Notes: a model not told the origin generated them from the sequence alone. DNA of 64,000 nt from Candidatus Micrarchaeota archaeon (GCA_023129075.1 JAGMCT010000002.1:67077-131076); one strand, 5' to 3'. Shown: positions 28,283 through 38,609, numbered from the stretch's first letter. Program-made: numbers and translations.

Positions 28283-29439
28283 CTGTTGAATATCTTTTTA
28301 AGGTCCTTTATTATTTCATGCGGAGGGCTTGTAAGCATTATCAGCCTTGCCCTTCCTTTTATTCCCCTTCCGCTTTCAGTAGAGATTATGAATCCGAGCA
28401 TTTCCAAATCGTTGAGGTATTCTCTGAACCAGCGAGATGTTCTGGGGGTCTTCCCCACTTTATTGGACAAAGAACAGTATTCCTCATAAATCTCTCCTGA
28501 AAATAGATAACGGCTCCCTTCACTGCCGTCCAGCTTTACATATTTTTGATTGGAAAGGGTGAGTCTTGCAATGGCATAAAGTACAATAAGGTAATTTTCA
28601 GGAAGGGTTGTTAATGCCTCTTTTATTATGTTGACATCAACTATTTCAACTGCTTTTTTTACCTCCTTGTCCGTAATCTTTCCTGTTTTCTCTTCTTCGG
28701 CTATCTCTGCGGCCTGGGTTAGCAGTTTAAGGGCATATCTCGCATCTCCGCTTTCTCTTGCTGCAATCGCACCTGCAAGACTTAGTGCAGATAATTCAAT
28801 GCTTCCTTTTTTGAAGGCAAGTTCAGCCCTTTGCTCAAGAATCTTTTTCAGCTGAATTGCAGAATAAGGCGGAAAAACCATTTCCTTTTCGTGTAAACTA
28901 CTCTTGCTTCTGGGGTCCAGCTGGTTCTTGAATAATAATCTATTGGATATCCCTATAAGAGTAAGTCCCCCTGCTTCTGTATCATCATTTGACCTTGTTA
29001 GGGTATATATAAGCTCATCTACATCCTTAACCATATCTATTTCGTCAAGCACAACAAGAAGCTGTCTGTTGTCACTCATCCATTCCACTATTTTTTCATA
29101 AAGAGTTGGCAGTCCAAAACCGCTTTTATCAAATCCCTCCATCATACTCTTTACTATTTTCTGTATTACTCTATATCTTGTATTGTAAATTCTGCAGTTG
29201 AGGTATATATATTTTCCTTTTATCTTCCCCATTTTTTTGAGGATGTTTTTTACTATACATGTTTTTCCGGTTCCTGTTTTTCCATAGATTATTATATTTC
29301 TGGATTTTTGGTTTTTTATGAAGGGAGAAAGAACACTTTCCAGTCCCTTCATCTGCGCCTCTCTGAATTTTATTTCATCCGGGATATAATGAGGAGAAAG
29401 CACATCATTATTAATAATTATTAAGGATTTGTCTTCCAT
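28279..29439 (-). CDS. cdc6: Orc1/Cdc6 replication initiator
   Basis: YGKTGTGKT, VLDEID, FPPYS, GDARYAL and a C-terminal winged helix. Confidence 0.95.
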   Translation of the reverse strand: MEDKSLIIINNDVLSPHYIPDEIKFREAQMKGLESVLSPFIKNQKSRNIIIYGKTGTGKTCIVKNILKKMGKIKGKYIYLNCRIYNTRYRVIQKIVKSMMEGFDKSGFGLPTLYEKIVEWMSDNRQLLVVLDEIDMVKDVDELIYTLTRSNDDTEAGGLTLIGISNRLLFKNQLDPRSKSSLHEKEMVFPPYSAIQLKKILEQRAELAFKKGSIELSALSLAGAIAARESGDARYALKLLTQAAEIAEEEKTGKITDKEVKKAVEIVDVNIIKEALTTLPENYLIVLYAIARLTLSNQKYVKLDGSEGSRYLFSGEIYEEYCSLSNKVGKTPRTSRWFREYLNDLEMLGFIISTESGRGIKGRARLIMLTSPPHEIIKDLKKIFNR

Positions 29440-29517
29440 TTTTCACACACATTAAACATTCTTTTCGTAGCATTTATTAAACCTTCCATATTAAAGGAGT
29501 ATTATAAAGGTGGTCAT

Positions 29518-29886
29518 GTGGGTTTTTTCGATAAAATTTTGGGGAAGGAACAGGAAGGAGATGCGCCGGACCTGGAAGAATATTTAGATGAGAGAGAAGG
29601 CGACATAATAAATCCTCCAGCAGATTTTTATGTAAAGAGAGTAGACCTTAGAAATGAGGGGGATGCTGCGCTTGCATTAAAGGAGCTCGCCGAAAAGAAT
29701 ATTATCATTCTTAACGTCAAACCGATAGTAAACCAGCCAAAGAGACTTAAGACGTTGATAGGTAAGCTGAAGGCAAATGCAGATAAGATAAATGGGGATA
29801 TTGCTCTTCTTACAACAGAACTTATTATTCTTACTCCGTCAAAAGTATTGATTGTCAAGAGCAAGAAACAGAAAAAGAAGTTATAG
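29518..29886 (+). CDS. sepF: Cell division protein SepF
   Basis: Amphipathic N-terminus MGFFDKILG, NIIILNV, GDIA...ILTP. Confidence 0.85.
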   Translation: MGFFDKILGKEQEGDAPDLEEYLDEREGDIINPPADFYVKRVDLRNEGDAALALKELAEKNIIILNVKPIVNQPKRLKTLIGKLKANADKINGDIALLTTELIILTPSKVLIVKSKKQKKKL

Positions 29887-29887
29887 G

Positions 29888-30799
29888 ATGTTTGAATTAA
29901 CCTTTTTCGGCACCAGCGCCGCCGTGCCCTCCCTAAAAAGGGGCATGCCTGCTTTTTCCCTTCGTTTTAATGAACTTTTTTTATTTGACTGCGGAGAAGG
30001 AACACAGCGCCAGATGATGCGTTATGGGGTTGGTTTTGGAAGAATAAAGGCGGTTTTCATCTCCCACCTTCATCTTGACCATTTTCTTGGTTTTTTCGGG
30101 CTTGCCGAAACCCTTCATTTAAATGAAAGGGAGGAGCCGTTAACTGTTTTCGCTCCTAAGGGATTCGGGGAAATGATAAGGGCGATAAGTCCTGCATCCG
30201 ACTGGAAAGAGAATTATCTTGATTCAAATGAAATAAATGAAGGTGTTCTTTATGAAGGCCGTGATTTTTCTATTTCTGCTTTCAGGGTAAAACATTCCAA
30301 GGAGAGTTATGGTTTTATTTTTCAGGAAAAGGATAAGGTTAAATTCAATGAAAAAAAGGCCAAATCTCTTGGGATTAAGGGTGTTCTATTCAAAAAAATA
30401 GAAAAAGAAGGAAAGGTAACAGTCGATGGAAAGACCATTTCTCTCGGAGAGATTAGCTGGATAAGGAAGGGGAGAAAGATAGTTTATTCTGGGGATACAA
30501 GGTCCTGTCCTGCTGTTTACAGGGCTGCAGAAGGCGCAGACATTCTTATACACGAGTCTACATATGCAGAAGACAGGAAAGATGAGGCAGGGAGCAGAGG
30601 CCATTCTACAGCTGTAGAGGCTGCAGAAACAGCAAAAAAAGCAAGAGTTAAGCATCTTATTCTCACTCATATAAGCGGAAGATACAGCACTCCCTCAGTC
30701 CTTGAAAAAGAAGCAAAAAAAGTATTCAAGAACACAACAATAGCAAAGGACGGCTTGAGGGTTCTGCTCTCGCCTGATGGTGTTATAAAGATAGAATAA
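29888..30799 (+). CDS. rnz: Ribonuclease Z
   Basis: FFGTSAAVPS, DCGEGTQ, SHLHLDH, YSGDT, HEST, HSTA and THIS motifs. Confidence 0.95.
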   Translation: MFELTFFGTSAAVPSLKRGMPAFSLRFNELFLFDCGEGTQRQMMRYGVGFGRIKAVFISHLHLDHFLGFFGLAETLHLNEREEPLTVFAPKGFGEMIRAISPASDWKENYLDSNEINEGVLYEGRDFSISAFRVKHSKESYGFIFQEKDKVKFNEKKAKSLGIKGVLFKKIEKEGKVTVDGKTISLGEISWIRKGRKIVYSGDTRSCPAVYRAAEGADILIHESTYAEDRKDEAGSRGHSTAVEAAETAKKARVKHLILTHISGRYSTPSVLEKEAKKVFKNTTIAKDGLRVLLSPDGVIKIE

Positions 30800-30875
30800 T
30801 AGTATTATAATAATATTGGACCTGAGATGGTGGAAAAGCTTTAAAAAATCTTTTCACTTTAACCTCCTTGTAAGA

Positions 30876-30946
30876 GCGGCCATAGTCTAGTGGTAGGATA
30901 CAAGATTGCCAATCTTGAGACCCGGGTTCGAGCCCCGGTGGCCGCA
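30876..30946 (+). tRNA. tRNA-Gly(GCC)
   Basis: Acceptor stem GCGGCCA/TGGCCGC and anticodon arm CAAGA-TTGCCAA-TCTTG. Confidence 0.95.
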
Positions 30947-30950
30947 TACT

Positions 30951-31075
30951 GAACCGCGGAGGGGGACACCCTCAGTTTCATGGTTCTCCTGACCCTCCCC
31001 CAAATTTTGAATATTATCCAAACGGAAGGGGTCCTGGAAATCCGTAGGATTTCTGAGAGGATTATCCTCGGGATA
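30951..31075. ncRNA. Candidate structured RNA (GC-rich multi-hairpin element)
   Basis: Helices GAACC/GGTTC, GAGGG/CCCTC, GACCC/GGGTC, GAAATCC/GGATTTC and GAGGA/TCCTC in an otherwise AT-rich genome. Confidence 0.35.
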
Positions 31076-31142
31076 GTTTTATTGAGCCAAAGTTGTATCT
31101 TATGCACACATTTTTAAATATTTCTAAACATTATATTAGAGT

Positions 31143-34100
31143 ATGACTAATATTCAAAGAAAAGTTTCAGGTGATAAGGTAAGGGAGGGAGGCTCAACTA
31201 AGTCCCTTCAGATAATAAATGGAGGACGGCAGGGTTCATCCCAACAGAGGGACCCATTTGGAAGGAAAGCCTATAAATTGCTGGAAAATGCAGTAGGTTA
31301 TACCGGAAAGATTGGAACAACGGGTTTTTTCAAGAATATTCTCTTGGGGGGTGCAGGAGCAGGTCTCCTTTATGGTTCTTATCAGGGTCTTAAGGCTATT
31401 CCATCCAGCGCAGAACAAATTATTACAGGAATTAAAGCTACAACAATATCCGCAACCTCGTGGTTTGAGGAACTTACTTTAAGTTCTGCAATGAATGGCG
31501 CAAAAGGAGTAGCCGGGAAGGCGGTTGCCTATGCTTCAATGTCAAATATACTGACTGCAGCAGCTTATCCAGCATATGTGCTTACTCCGATAATTGCAGC
31601 AGGAAAGGTAACAAGAGACGTAAACAAGGCGATGGGAGAAAGAAGGCTGCTTGCAGAGAAACAAAAGAGGTCATTAACCGGCATAGGAGACATCGGAAGG
31701 ATTGGATGGGAGACAGTCAAAAGTGCTTCACTTTATTCAATGATTGCAGCAACTGTAATCTCAGTTCCGACCGTAATTGCTGTGGCTGTAGGAGCAACAA
31801 TTCCAGGGAGTGTTACTGCCCTTGGAATATTTGCTGTTTTGGCTGAAACCGCAGGTCCATTGTATGTAGGTATGAAAGGTGCTGAACTTGGAAGAGTGGT
31901 TCTTAAAAAGATAACTCCGAAGTGCCTGGAAAAATACCTTTCTGATAAAATAGATGAGCATTATTATGGAAACAGGCATTGGTTTTCTGCTGGAAGCAGA
32001 TGGGCAAGGGTTCAGGAAAAGATGTCCTTTTCTGGCTCTCAGAATAGGGTGCAGGTTAATGAAAGTGGTGATGGGCAGTCTTCTCAAGCCGAGGAACAGG
32101 CAGTTGAGCAGCACACAACCCCCATCTTTGGCGCCTTAAAACAAAAAATATTAAACAAACTAAAAGGTGTTTTTTCCAGAGGAAAAGAACAACAGACCAT
32201 TGGAAATTTTTTCGATACCTCTGAATCCTTGAAAAGTAGGATATTAAACAAAACAGGAGGCTTTTTTTCCAAAAGAAAAATCCTAAAGGCAAGCGACGAA
32301 AATCTGGTTGAACTCCACCAAGAGGCAAAAAAGGAGCTCAAAAGACTAAGAAAAACCCTAAAAAATGCTGAAAAAAATGTTGAGAAATCTGTTAGGAAGG
32401 GATATACAGATAACATAAAGAAGCTAGAAAAGGATATAGAGAGCCTAAGGGTTCAGATTACTTCGCTTGGAAAAGAAAAAACGACCTTCCAAACCCGTTT
32501 GGACGAAGAAATACAGCAGAAAGAGAATTTACTTGGAGAGATAACAAAACTTTCCGAAGAATACAATAAAAGCAGGGAAGAACTCAAAGTCAAAAATAAT
32601 TGCATCTCAGAATTAGAACAGCAGATGAAGGAAGTACAAGATACTTTTAACCAGTCCCTTGAGGATTCAAAGAAAGAGATAACTGATTTGAAAATTCAGT
32701 TGACTGAAGTAGAAAAACTGAAACAAACATTAACAGATGATGCAGACCAGCTCAAGAGCCTGCAAAAAGCCACCAGAAATACACTAATAACTAAGGAAAA
32801 AAAGATTTCAGAATTGGAAGACAAATTGCGTGATTTGGAGCTGGACATAGGAAATATCACCCACCTCTCTGATGGAAGAAACAGGAGAATTGAAGAGTTA
32901 AAATCACAGCTGGAAAAAGCGAACAGTGAGAAGGAAACTGCTGTTTTTGAATTAGATCTGTTCAATGCAAGATATGAAGCTGCACAGGAAGAGCTAAAAT
33001 ATGGACAGGAAAAGATTTCTGCATTGGAAATACAGGTAAGCGAATTGGAATTACAGAAAGGAACAGGGTTGTCTGCTGATGAAAAGGACAAGAAGATAGG
33101 AGAGTTAATAGAAAAATTGAAAGCCATGAAAGGTATAGTTAAGCTTGCACAAATTGATAAGCGTGAACTGGAGAAGAAAATTGATTCTCTGAATCAGAAA
33201 ATGGATAAGAAGGTTGAGAAAGCAGCAGGTGAATTGGTCTCTGAGCTGGACAGAACCAAGAAATTACTTGAAGAAACTGAATATCAAATAGTAACTCTTG
33301 CAAATGAAAAATTAGAATTACAAAAGGAAAATGAAAGATTAAAAACTCAGATAGGCCCAACAGATGAAGAGATTGCACGGCTTATAGCTCAGAATGCCTC
33401 AAAGAATGAAATAATTGCACAACTTCAAAAAGAGATGGATGACCTTAACCAGCAAATAGAAGATAAATATATGGAGCTTGATGAGGGGTCCTTTATAAGC
33501 GAGGAAAAGCTTCCTGAAAATGAGAACCTAAGCGAGGAAGAGCTTTCTGGAAATGAGAACCCCCCTTCACTTTCTGAAGCAGAAAAAGGAAATTTAATTG
33601 AGATGGACGACCTTAGGATGCAAATTAGTGAACTTGAAAAAAGCAAGGAGCAAAACACCGAGAAAATACAAGAGTTAGTAAGCAGGGAAAAGAAATACGG
33701 GGAGGAAGTCTCAAAACTTGAAGAACAGCTTAAAGATAAAGACATGGAATTCTCAAATATCCAAGCAGATTACAATTACCTTAATGATATGCTTAACCAG
33801 ATGACATGTCAAAATAAAGGAGGAAAAAAAGAACAATTAGCTAAAATATTGGAACTTACTAAACAGGTTAAAGAAAAAGAAAAAGAATTGTTAGATTTTG
33901 GTTCAAGAATGCTCAAACGGGAGAATGAGTTTAATCAAATCAAGCAGAAAAAAACAAAAATAGAGGAGCAATTGGAAGAAGCTAATAAAAAGATTGATGA
34001 GCTGAATTCCAAACTCTCCGAAACTAACTGCGAGGGAGAAAATTCCGGATGCAAAGACGAAAAAAATTGCGGGGAGAAGAAGAATTCAATCCTTTCTGAT

Positions 34101-34631
34101 AAGTCGAAAAGAACCAACGGCTCCTTTGATGGTAGGGATCCAAACGGGAACGAGAGTTTTACTGCTGAAGAGCTGAAACAATTTGACAGCATGAAGGAAG
34201 ATGTTCCTAAAAAAGAAACAAAGAATGTTGAAAATAAAAAACCCAACGAACCTTTTGTTGAAGGAATTATTGTTGATACGAGTAAAGAAGGAAATCAGGA
34301 TACTGAGAAAAAAGAGAAAGAAACCCAGAAACCAAAGAGAAATGGGGTGGAAACCCTTTTTGATGATAATGGAGGGGTACTTCCGGATGACCCTGTGGAA
34401 AGGCAAAAAATTCTTGACAAAGTAGGAGATGAACTTGGATTAGGCGACGACAATGTAGAGGTTACCCCTGAGAGCGTCGCAGAAGCACAAAAGGCTCTGG
34501 ATAAAGAAGACGAAGAGGAAGAAAAAAAGAAGAAAGAAGAAAAGAAACCGAAAAACGGAGAAGAGATGACAATTGAGGAAATATTTTCTGAGTTTAGAAA
34601 CCAAGGAGAAGAAGAGGACGAAGATACATAA
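31143..34631 (+). CDS. Large orphan protein: N-terminal hydrophobic helices, long coiled coil, acidic tail
   Basis: 1162 aa, heptad-rich from about residue 385 to 960, no Walker motifs. Confidence 0.8.
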   Translation: MTNIQRKVSGDKVREGGSTKSLQIINGGRQGSSQQRDPFGRKAYKLLENAVGYTGKIGTTGFFKNILLGGAGAGLLYGSYQGLKAIPSSAEQIITGIKATTISATSWFEELTLSSAMNGAKGVAGKAVAYASMSNILTAAAYPAYVLTPIIAAGKVTRDVNKAMGERRLLAEKQKRSLTGIGDIGRIGWETVKSASLYSMIAATVISVPTVIAVAVGATIPGSVTALGIFAVLAETAGPLYVGMKGAELGRVVLKKITPKCLEKYLSDKIDEHYYGNRHWFSAGSRWARVQEKMSFSGSQNRVQVNESGDGQSSQAEEQAVEQHTTPIFGALKQKILNKLKGVFSRGKEQQTIGNFFDTSESLKSRILNKTGGFFSKRKILKASDENLVELHQEAKKELKRLRKTLKNAEKNVEKSVRKGYTDNIKKLEKDIESLRVQITSLGKEKTTFQTRLDEEIQQKENLLGEITKLSEEYNKSREELKVKNNCISELEQQMKEVQDTFNQSLEDSKKEITDLKIQLTEVEKLKQTLTDDADQLKSLQKATRNTLITKEKKISELEDKLRDLELDIGNITHLSDGRNRRIEELKSQLEKANSEKETAVFELDLFNARYEAAQEELKYGQEKISALEIQVSELELQKGTGLSADEKDKKIGELIEKLKAMKGIVKLAQIDKRELEKKIDSLNQKMDKKVEKAAGELVSELDRTKKLLEETEYQIVTLANEKLELQKENERLKTQIGPTDEEIARLIAQNASKNEIIAQLQKEMDDLNQQIEDKYMELDEGSFISEEKLPENENLSEEELSGNENPPSLSEAEKGNLIEMDDLRMQISELEKSKEQNTEKIQELVSREKKYGEEVSKLEEQLKDKDMEFSNIQADYNYLNDMLNQMTCQNKGGKKEQLAKILELTKQVKEKEKELLDFGSRMLKRENEFNQIKQKKTKIEEQLEEANKKIDELNSKLSETNCEGENSGCKDEKNCGEKKNSILSDKSKRTNGSFDGRDPNGNESFTAEELKQFDSMKEDVPKKETKNVENKKPNEPFVEGIIVDTSKEGNQDTEKKEKETQKPKRNGVETLFDDNGGVLPDDPVERQKILDKVGDELGLGDDNVEVTPESVAEAQKALDKEDEEEEKKKKEEKKPKNGEEMTIEEIFSEFRNQGEEEDEDT

Positions 34632-34663
34632 TCCATTTATTCTTTTCCTTTTGAATTTTATTC

Positions 34664-35719
34664 ATGGGTTTTGATGTTCATGTTGTAGGGGGGGGCCCCT
34701 CAGGGTCTATCTCAGCCATCTCTGCATTAAGAAATAATTTTAATGTGGTTGTCAGCGAGGAGCATGAAAGAAGCGGTTTTCCTGTCCGCTGTTCAGGTCT
34801 CATCTCAAAAAACGGCCTTGACTACCTTTCAAAATATGTGGACTACAAAAAACACATAATAAATTTTTTAAGAGGAGCAATAGTTTACGTTGGAAAGGAA
34901 CAGTTAATTTTTGATGCAAAAGAAACAAATGCCTATGTTGTTGACAGGGCTTCCTTTGACCAGGAGCTTATGTGGAATGCTGAAATTGAAGGGGCAAAAT
35001 TAGAATTCTCAAAAAGAATAACAAACAAATTCCAGGCAAGAAATATAATCGCTGCAGACGGCCCGCTTTCAACAATTGCAAGCAACCTTGGTTTTCCTTC
35101 AATAAAAAAGTATGCAGTAACCCTCCAGGCGTTTGTGAAAAGGAATGCAAGAAAAGATTTTGTTGAGGTTTTTATTTCAAGCAAAAATTATCCAGGACTT
35201 TTTGGATGGTATATCCCGCATAATGAGGAATACGGCGAGGTTGGTGTTGGCACCCTACTTCCAAATAACCCTTCCCTTGCTTTTAGGCATCTTATGAAGA
35301 GACTAAAGATTGTTAATTATCCCACGCCAACCGGTGCTCTTATTCCCTTGAGGCTAAGGAAAAAAACAGCCGTTAACGGAAAAAGAAATGTCCTGCTGGT
35401 TGGTGATGCTGCAGGCCAGGTCAAATCCTCTACAGGCGGGGGAGTTGTTATGGGAGGAAGGTGTGCAGAGATTGCAGGAAGGTTCGCAGATAATCCCGAG
35501 ATGTATGAAAGAGAATGGAAAGGAAAATACATGGCGGATTTTTTGATGCATAAATCCATACAATCCTTTATTTCTTTAAATCCAGACGTGGTTCTTGAAA
35601 AAACAGCTATCCTTTTCAGGAAGCTTGGCGGTATTTCTCTTCTTGAAGGGGCAAGGGAGATGGATATGCCAACAAGGATACTTCCATCATTGCTCACAGC
35701 AAAAAGAATGTTTAAATAG
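34664..35719 (+). CDS. Geranylgeranyl reductase family FAD oxidoreductase
   Basis: VVGGGPSG, CSGLIS, DRASFD, AADG and VGDAAGQVK..TGGG motifs. Confidence 0.88.
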   Translation: MGFDVHVVGGGPSGSISAISALRNNFNVVVSEEHERSGFPVRCSGLISKNGLDYLSKYVDYKKHIINFLRGAIVYVGKEQLIFDAKETNAYVVDRASFDQELMWNAEIEGAKLEFSKRITNKFQARNIIAADGPLSTIASNLGFPSIKKYAVTLQAFVKRNARKDFVEVFISSKNYPGLFGWYIPHNEEYGEVGVGTLLPNNPSLAFRHLMKRLKIVNYPTPTGALIPLRLRKKTAVNGKRNVLLVGDAAGQVKSSTGGGVVMGGRCAEIAGRFADNPEMYEREWKGKYMADFLMHKSIQSFISLNPDVVLEKTAILFRKLGGISLLEGAREMDMPTRILPSLLTAKRMFK

Positions 35720-35740
35720 CCTTTGTTTATATGTTACTGC

Positions 35741-36202
35741 ATGCTGAAACAAGAGGAACAGCAGATTGTTCCCCGCCTAAAAAAATTCAAAAGAGATGAG
35801 GCAGTTGTTCCTCTGCCCCATGAGCGCTATTCTTTTTTGGAGGAAGGTCATAAGGAAAGTTTGATTTATTCATATATTCCTGTACTTAGATACAAATTCA
35901 ATGGAGAATTTGAGCAGGTTCTCAACCTGGAAAAAGATGATAGATTCGCAGTTTATGAAGGAGTTATTCTCGGAGTGCATTCTTCTATTGTTGAGGGAAT
36001 AAATAAAATAAAAAAGAAAAAAACAAGAGGAAGGAGAAAGATAACGCGCGATGAAATTATTTCTCTTATTCTTTCCAATCCAAAAATAAAGGCAGAAGAC
36101 TTGATAGGCAAGGTTCCGCCCTCTTTATTCAGCAGGCTTATGCTTTTTGTTAAATACAGAGCGAACAACCAGGAATCTCTTCTTGAGTTCCTGAAGAAGT
36201 GA
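35741..36202 (+). CDS. Hypothetical protein
   Basis: About 153-aa ORF ending NQESLLEFLKK. Confidence 0.55.
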   Translation: MLKQEEQQIVPRLKKFKRDEAVVPLPHERYSFLEEGHKESLIYSYIPVLRYKFNGEFEQVLNLEKDDRFAVYEGVILGVHSSIVEGINKIKKKKTRGRRKITRDEIISLILSNPKIKAEDLIGKVPPSLFSRLMLFVKYRANNQESLLEFLKK

Positions 36203-36212
36203 GAGAGGGAAG

Positions 36213-36725
36213 ATGTTAATCGTTTTAAGACTGGGACACAGGCTTCCAAGAGATGAAAGAATAACCACACATGTCTGTCTTGTTGCAAGGGCTTTTGGTG
36301 CTGATGAGATTATTTATTCTGGACAGAAAGACAAAGGTCTTGAGAAATCAGTAAAAAAAATTGTTTCCGATTGGGGGGGAAATTTTAAGATTGGATACAC
36401 AGAAGACCCCGTTGGATTAATAAAAGAATTCAAGGAAAAAGATTTTTACATACTCCATCTTACGATGTATGGTTTTGGAATGGAAGAGATGAAAAAAGAG
36501 AAAGGCAGGAACACCCTCATAATCATAGGCGGAGGAAAGGTTCCTTCAGAGGTTTACGGACTTGCTGATTTTAATATTTCAATAACAAACCAGCCGCATT
36601 CCGAAGTTGCTGCTCTTGCAATTACGCTTGACCGTTTATTTAAAGGAAAAGAATTGAAATTAGAATTCAAGGGAAAGAAAAGAATAGTTCCCTCTGCGAG
36701 AGGGAAAAAGCTCACTGAATTTTGA
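36213..36725 (+). CDS. trm56: tRNA (cytidine(56)-2'-O)-methyltransferase
   Basis: VLRLGHRLPRDERITTHVCLVARAFGA, HLTMYG and NQPHSEVAALA motifs. Confidence 0.95.
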   Translation: MLIVLRLGHRLPRDERITTHVCLVARAFGADEIIYSGQKDKGLEKSVKKIVSDWGGNFKIGYTEDPVGLIKEFKEKDFYILHLTMYGFGMEEMKKEKGRNTLIIIGGGKVPSEVYGLADFNISITNQPHSEVAALAITLDRLFKGKELKLEFKGKKRIVPSARGKKLTEF

Positions 36726-38109
36726 AGAAAGCAGCGAACAATACCATGAGCAATGCCCCTATTGGAACAGGACAAGCTGTTTTATGCCCCTCCACTTCAT
36801 TTGTTACTATGTCCTGATAATTCTGCTCTTCTTCATCTTCTTCTGGTTGTTCAGGCTCTTCCTGCTGTTCGGTTTTATTTTCTACAATAGGTTCCTCAGG
36901 TTCCTGCGGTTCTTCAATTTCTTTAGGTTCTTCTTCAATATAATCCCATGCATATCCACCCTGGGTTAATCCGGAAATGGTCATTAGGGACGTCTGGTCT
37001 GTGCACTGAAATTCTGCTTCTGTTTCTTCCCCTGCAAGTATTCCCACCCTTGTTTTTCCATCTTCTTTATAATACAGGGTATTGTAACAGCCAGGGAGTT
37101 CTGCTTGAATGGAAGCACTCTTGAACTTAAAACCCGGACCAAAATAAAAGAATCCTTCTCCATCCGTAAAACTCTCTTCGTTTAAGTAGTGTCCCTTTGA
37201 ACTCATTGGTATTGACAGGCTTGCACTAAGAATCAGTTCGTTATTGCCTGTTTTCATCAGAAGATTTGTTATGGTCAGCGGAATCCCCATTATTTTTATA
37301 TAGCCTGTCTGCTCATCTACTGTATTGTCCTTCAGGCTTGCTGAGCCTCCATTTGCAAGAACAGCGTATTCACCATTTGCCTTGAATTTATTATTTTCTA
37401 TTATATTGTTTTGGGAGAGAAACTTTAATCCATTTTTGTTTCTTTCTATGATATTATTTATTACCCTGCTTCCAGTTGCATCAGTCCACAATACAATTCC
37501 TTCCAGAGCATTTAGATTTATGTAATTTCCATCTACTTCACTCCCTTCCCCTTCAATTTCAATACCTATCGCATTCTGATAAACTTCATTATCCATTATT
37601 TTCGTTTCTTTTGCTCCTGATTTTATCCCAGTTCCGGTATTTTTGTACACTTTGTTATCATGAATACTGATGGTTTCTCCGAATTTGCCGTCTATATAGA
37701 TCCCTATTTCATTGCCGTATGTTTCGCTGTTTTTTATCTCAGCCCCAGCACCCTGGTTTAGGTCTATTCCATATCCGCATCCGTTTATCTTAACATCATC
37801 TATCTCAATGTTATAACCACTCACTTCTATCCCTTTTTCAAAATCGTTTATCTCACAATTAATTATTTTTATATTATCTTCAAGCACTTCTATTCCCGTT
37901 GCTATGTTTTTTCCATCACCAATTATTTTTCTTCCATTGCAGTCTATTGTAACATCATCAACTATTATTCGTATACACGAATCTTCCAAATTCCTTCTCA
38001 GGTCATCTGTCAATAGATAGGTCCCTTCTTCATCTATAACGACGCATTCCTCAATTTCCATCCCGATTATTAGGCTAAACAAAAGCAGAACAAATACAAT
38101 TTTTTTCAT
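36712..38109 (-). CDS. Exported right-handed beta-helix (NosD-like) protein with Cys-TM anchor
   Basis: Signal peptide, N...GI repeats, EP-rich linker, tail TACPVPIGALLMVLFAAFF. Confidence 0.8.
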   Translation of the reverse strand: MKKIVFVLLLFSLIIGMEIEECVVIDEEGTYLLTDDLRRNLEDSCIRIIVDDVTIDCNGRKIIGDGKNIATGIEVLEDNIKIINCEINDFEKGIEVSGYNIEIDDVKINGCGYGIDLNQGAGAEIKNSETYGNEIGIYIDGKFGETISIHDNKVYKNTGTGIKSGAKETKIMDNEVYQNAIGIEIEGEGSEVDGNYINLNALEGIVLWTDATGSRVINNIIERNKNGLKFLSQNNIIENNKFKANGEYAVLANGGSASLKDNTVDEQTGYIKIMGIPLTITNLLMKTGNNELILSASLSIPMSSKGHYLNEESFTDGEGFFYFGPGFKFKSASIQAELPGCYNTLYYKEDGKTRVGILAGEETEAEFQCTDQTSLMTISGLTQGGYAWDYIEEEPKEIEEPQEPEEPIVENKTEQQEEPEQPEEDEEEQNYQDIVTNEVEGHKTACPVPIGALLMVLFAAFFKIQ

Positions 38110-38609
38110 ATTCTTACCTCTTTTTCTTCTTTTCCCTGTTCTTTGTTTTCATATAGGGCAAGTAGAAACAATAAATCCGAAAGCCTGTTTAGATAAATTA
38201 GTATATATTTTTTGGGATTGAGAGCAAGAGCTTTCCTCTCCACCCTTCTGCTTACTGTTCTTGCAACATGCAGAAAGGCAGAACCCTTTGAACCACCAGG
38301 AACTATAAAATGTCTGAGACTGCCAATGATTTTTTCCATTTCAGCTATTCTTTTTTCTATTTTTTTCACATACTCTTTTTTCATATCTTCCCCATTTATC
38401 ATCAGGGGGGGCACCATAAATAGTTCTTTTTGTATCTCTTCTATTATTGTTTTTACCTTTCTTTTATTTATGTAAAGAACTGCAAGGCCGAGATATGAAT
38501 TAAGTTCGTCCATTTCTCCAAAACATTCTATTTCCGGAGAGGTTTTTGGAACCCTTTTTCCACCTGGAAGAGTAGTTGTGCCGTCATCTCCAAGTCCTGT
38601 TGAAATCAT
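38106..38609 (-). CDS. pduO: PduO-type ATP:corrinoid adenosyltransferase
   Basis: TGLGDDGTT, GEMDELNS, F.VPGG, ARTVSRRVER and YLNRLSDLLF motifs. Confidence 0.9.
   Translation of the reverse strand: MISTGLGDDGTTTLPGGKRVPKTSPEIECFGEMDELNSYLGLAVLYINKRKVKTIIEEIQKELFMVPPLMINGEDMKKEYVKKIEKRIAEMEKIIGSLRHFIVPGGSKGSAFLHVARTVSRRVERKALALNPKKYILIYLNRLSDLLFLLALYENKEQGKEEKEVRI

Noticed and set aside
29440..29517. Replication origin (ORB) next to cdc6
   Set aside because: The gap is only 78 bp, holds divergent promoter elements, and has no ORB or G-string repeats.
30955..31000. Resemblance of GCGGAGGGGGACACCC...CCCTCC to 5S rRNA helix II/III
   Set aside because: It lacks the conserved CCGAAC loop, GUUAAG and the terminal helix I.
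31143..34631. SMC/Rad50 annotation for the coiled-coil protein
   Set aside because: No Walker A/B, signature motif or hinge/zinc hook is visible.
30876..34660. Integrated element at tRNA-Gly
   Set aside because: No integrase and no duplicated tRNA 3' end (att) were found by eye.
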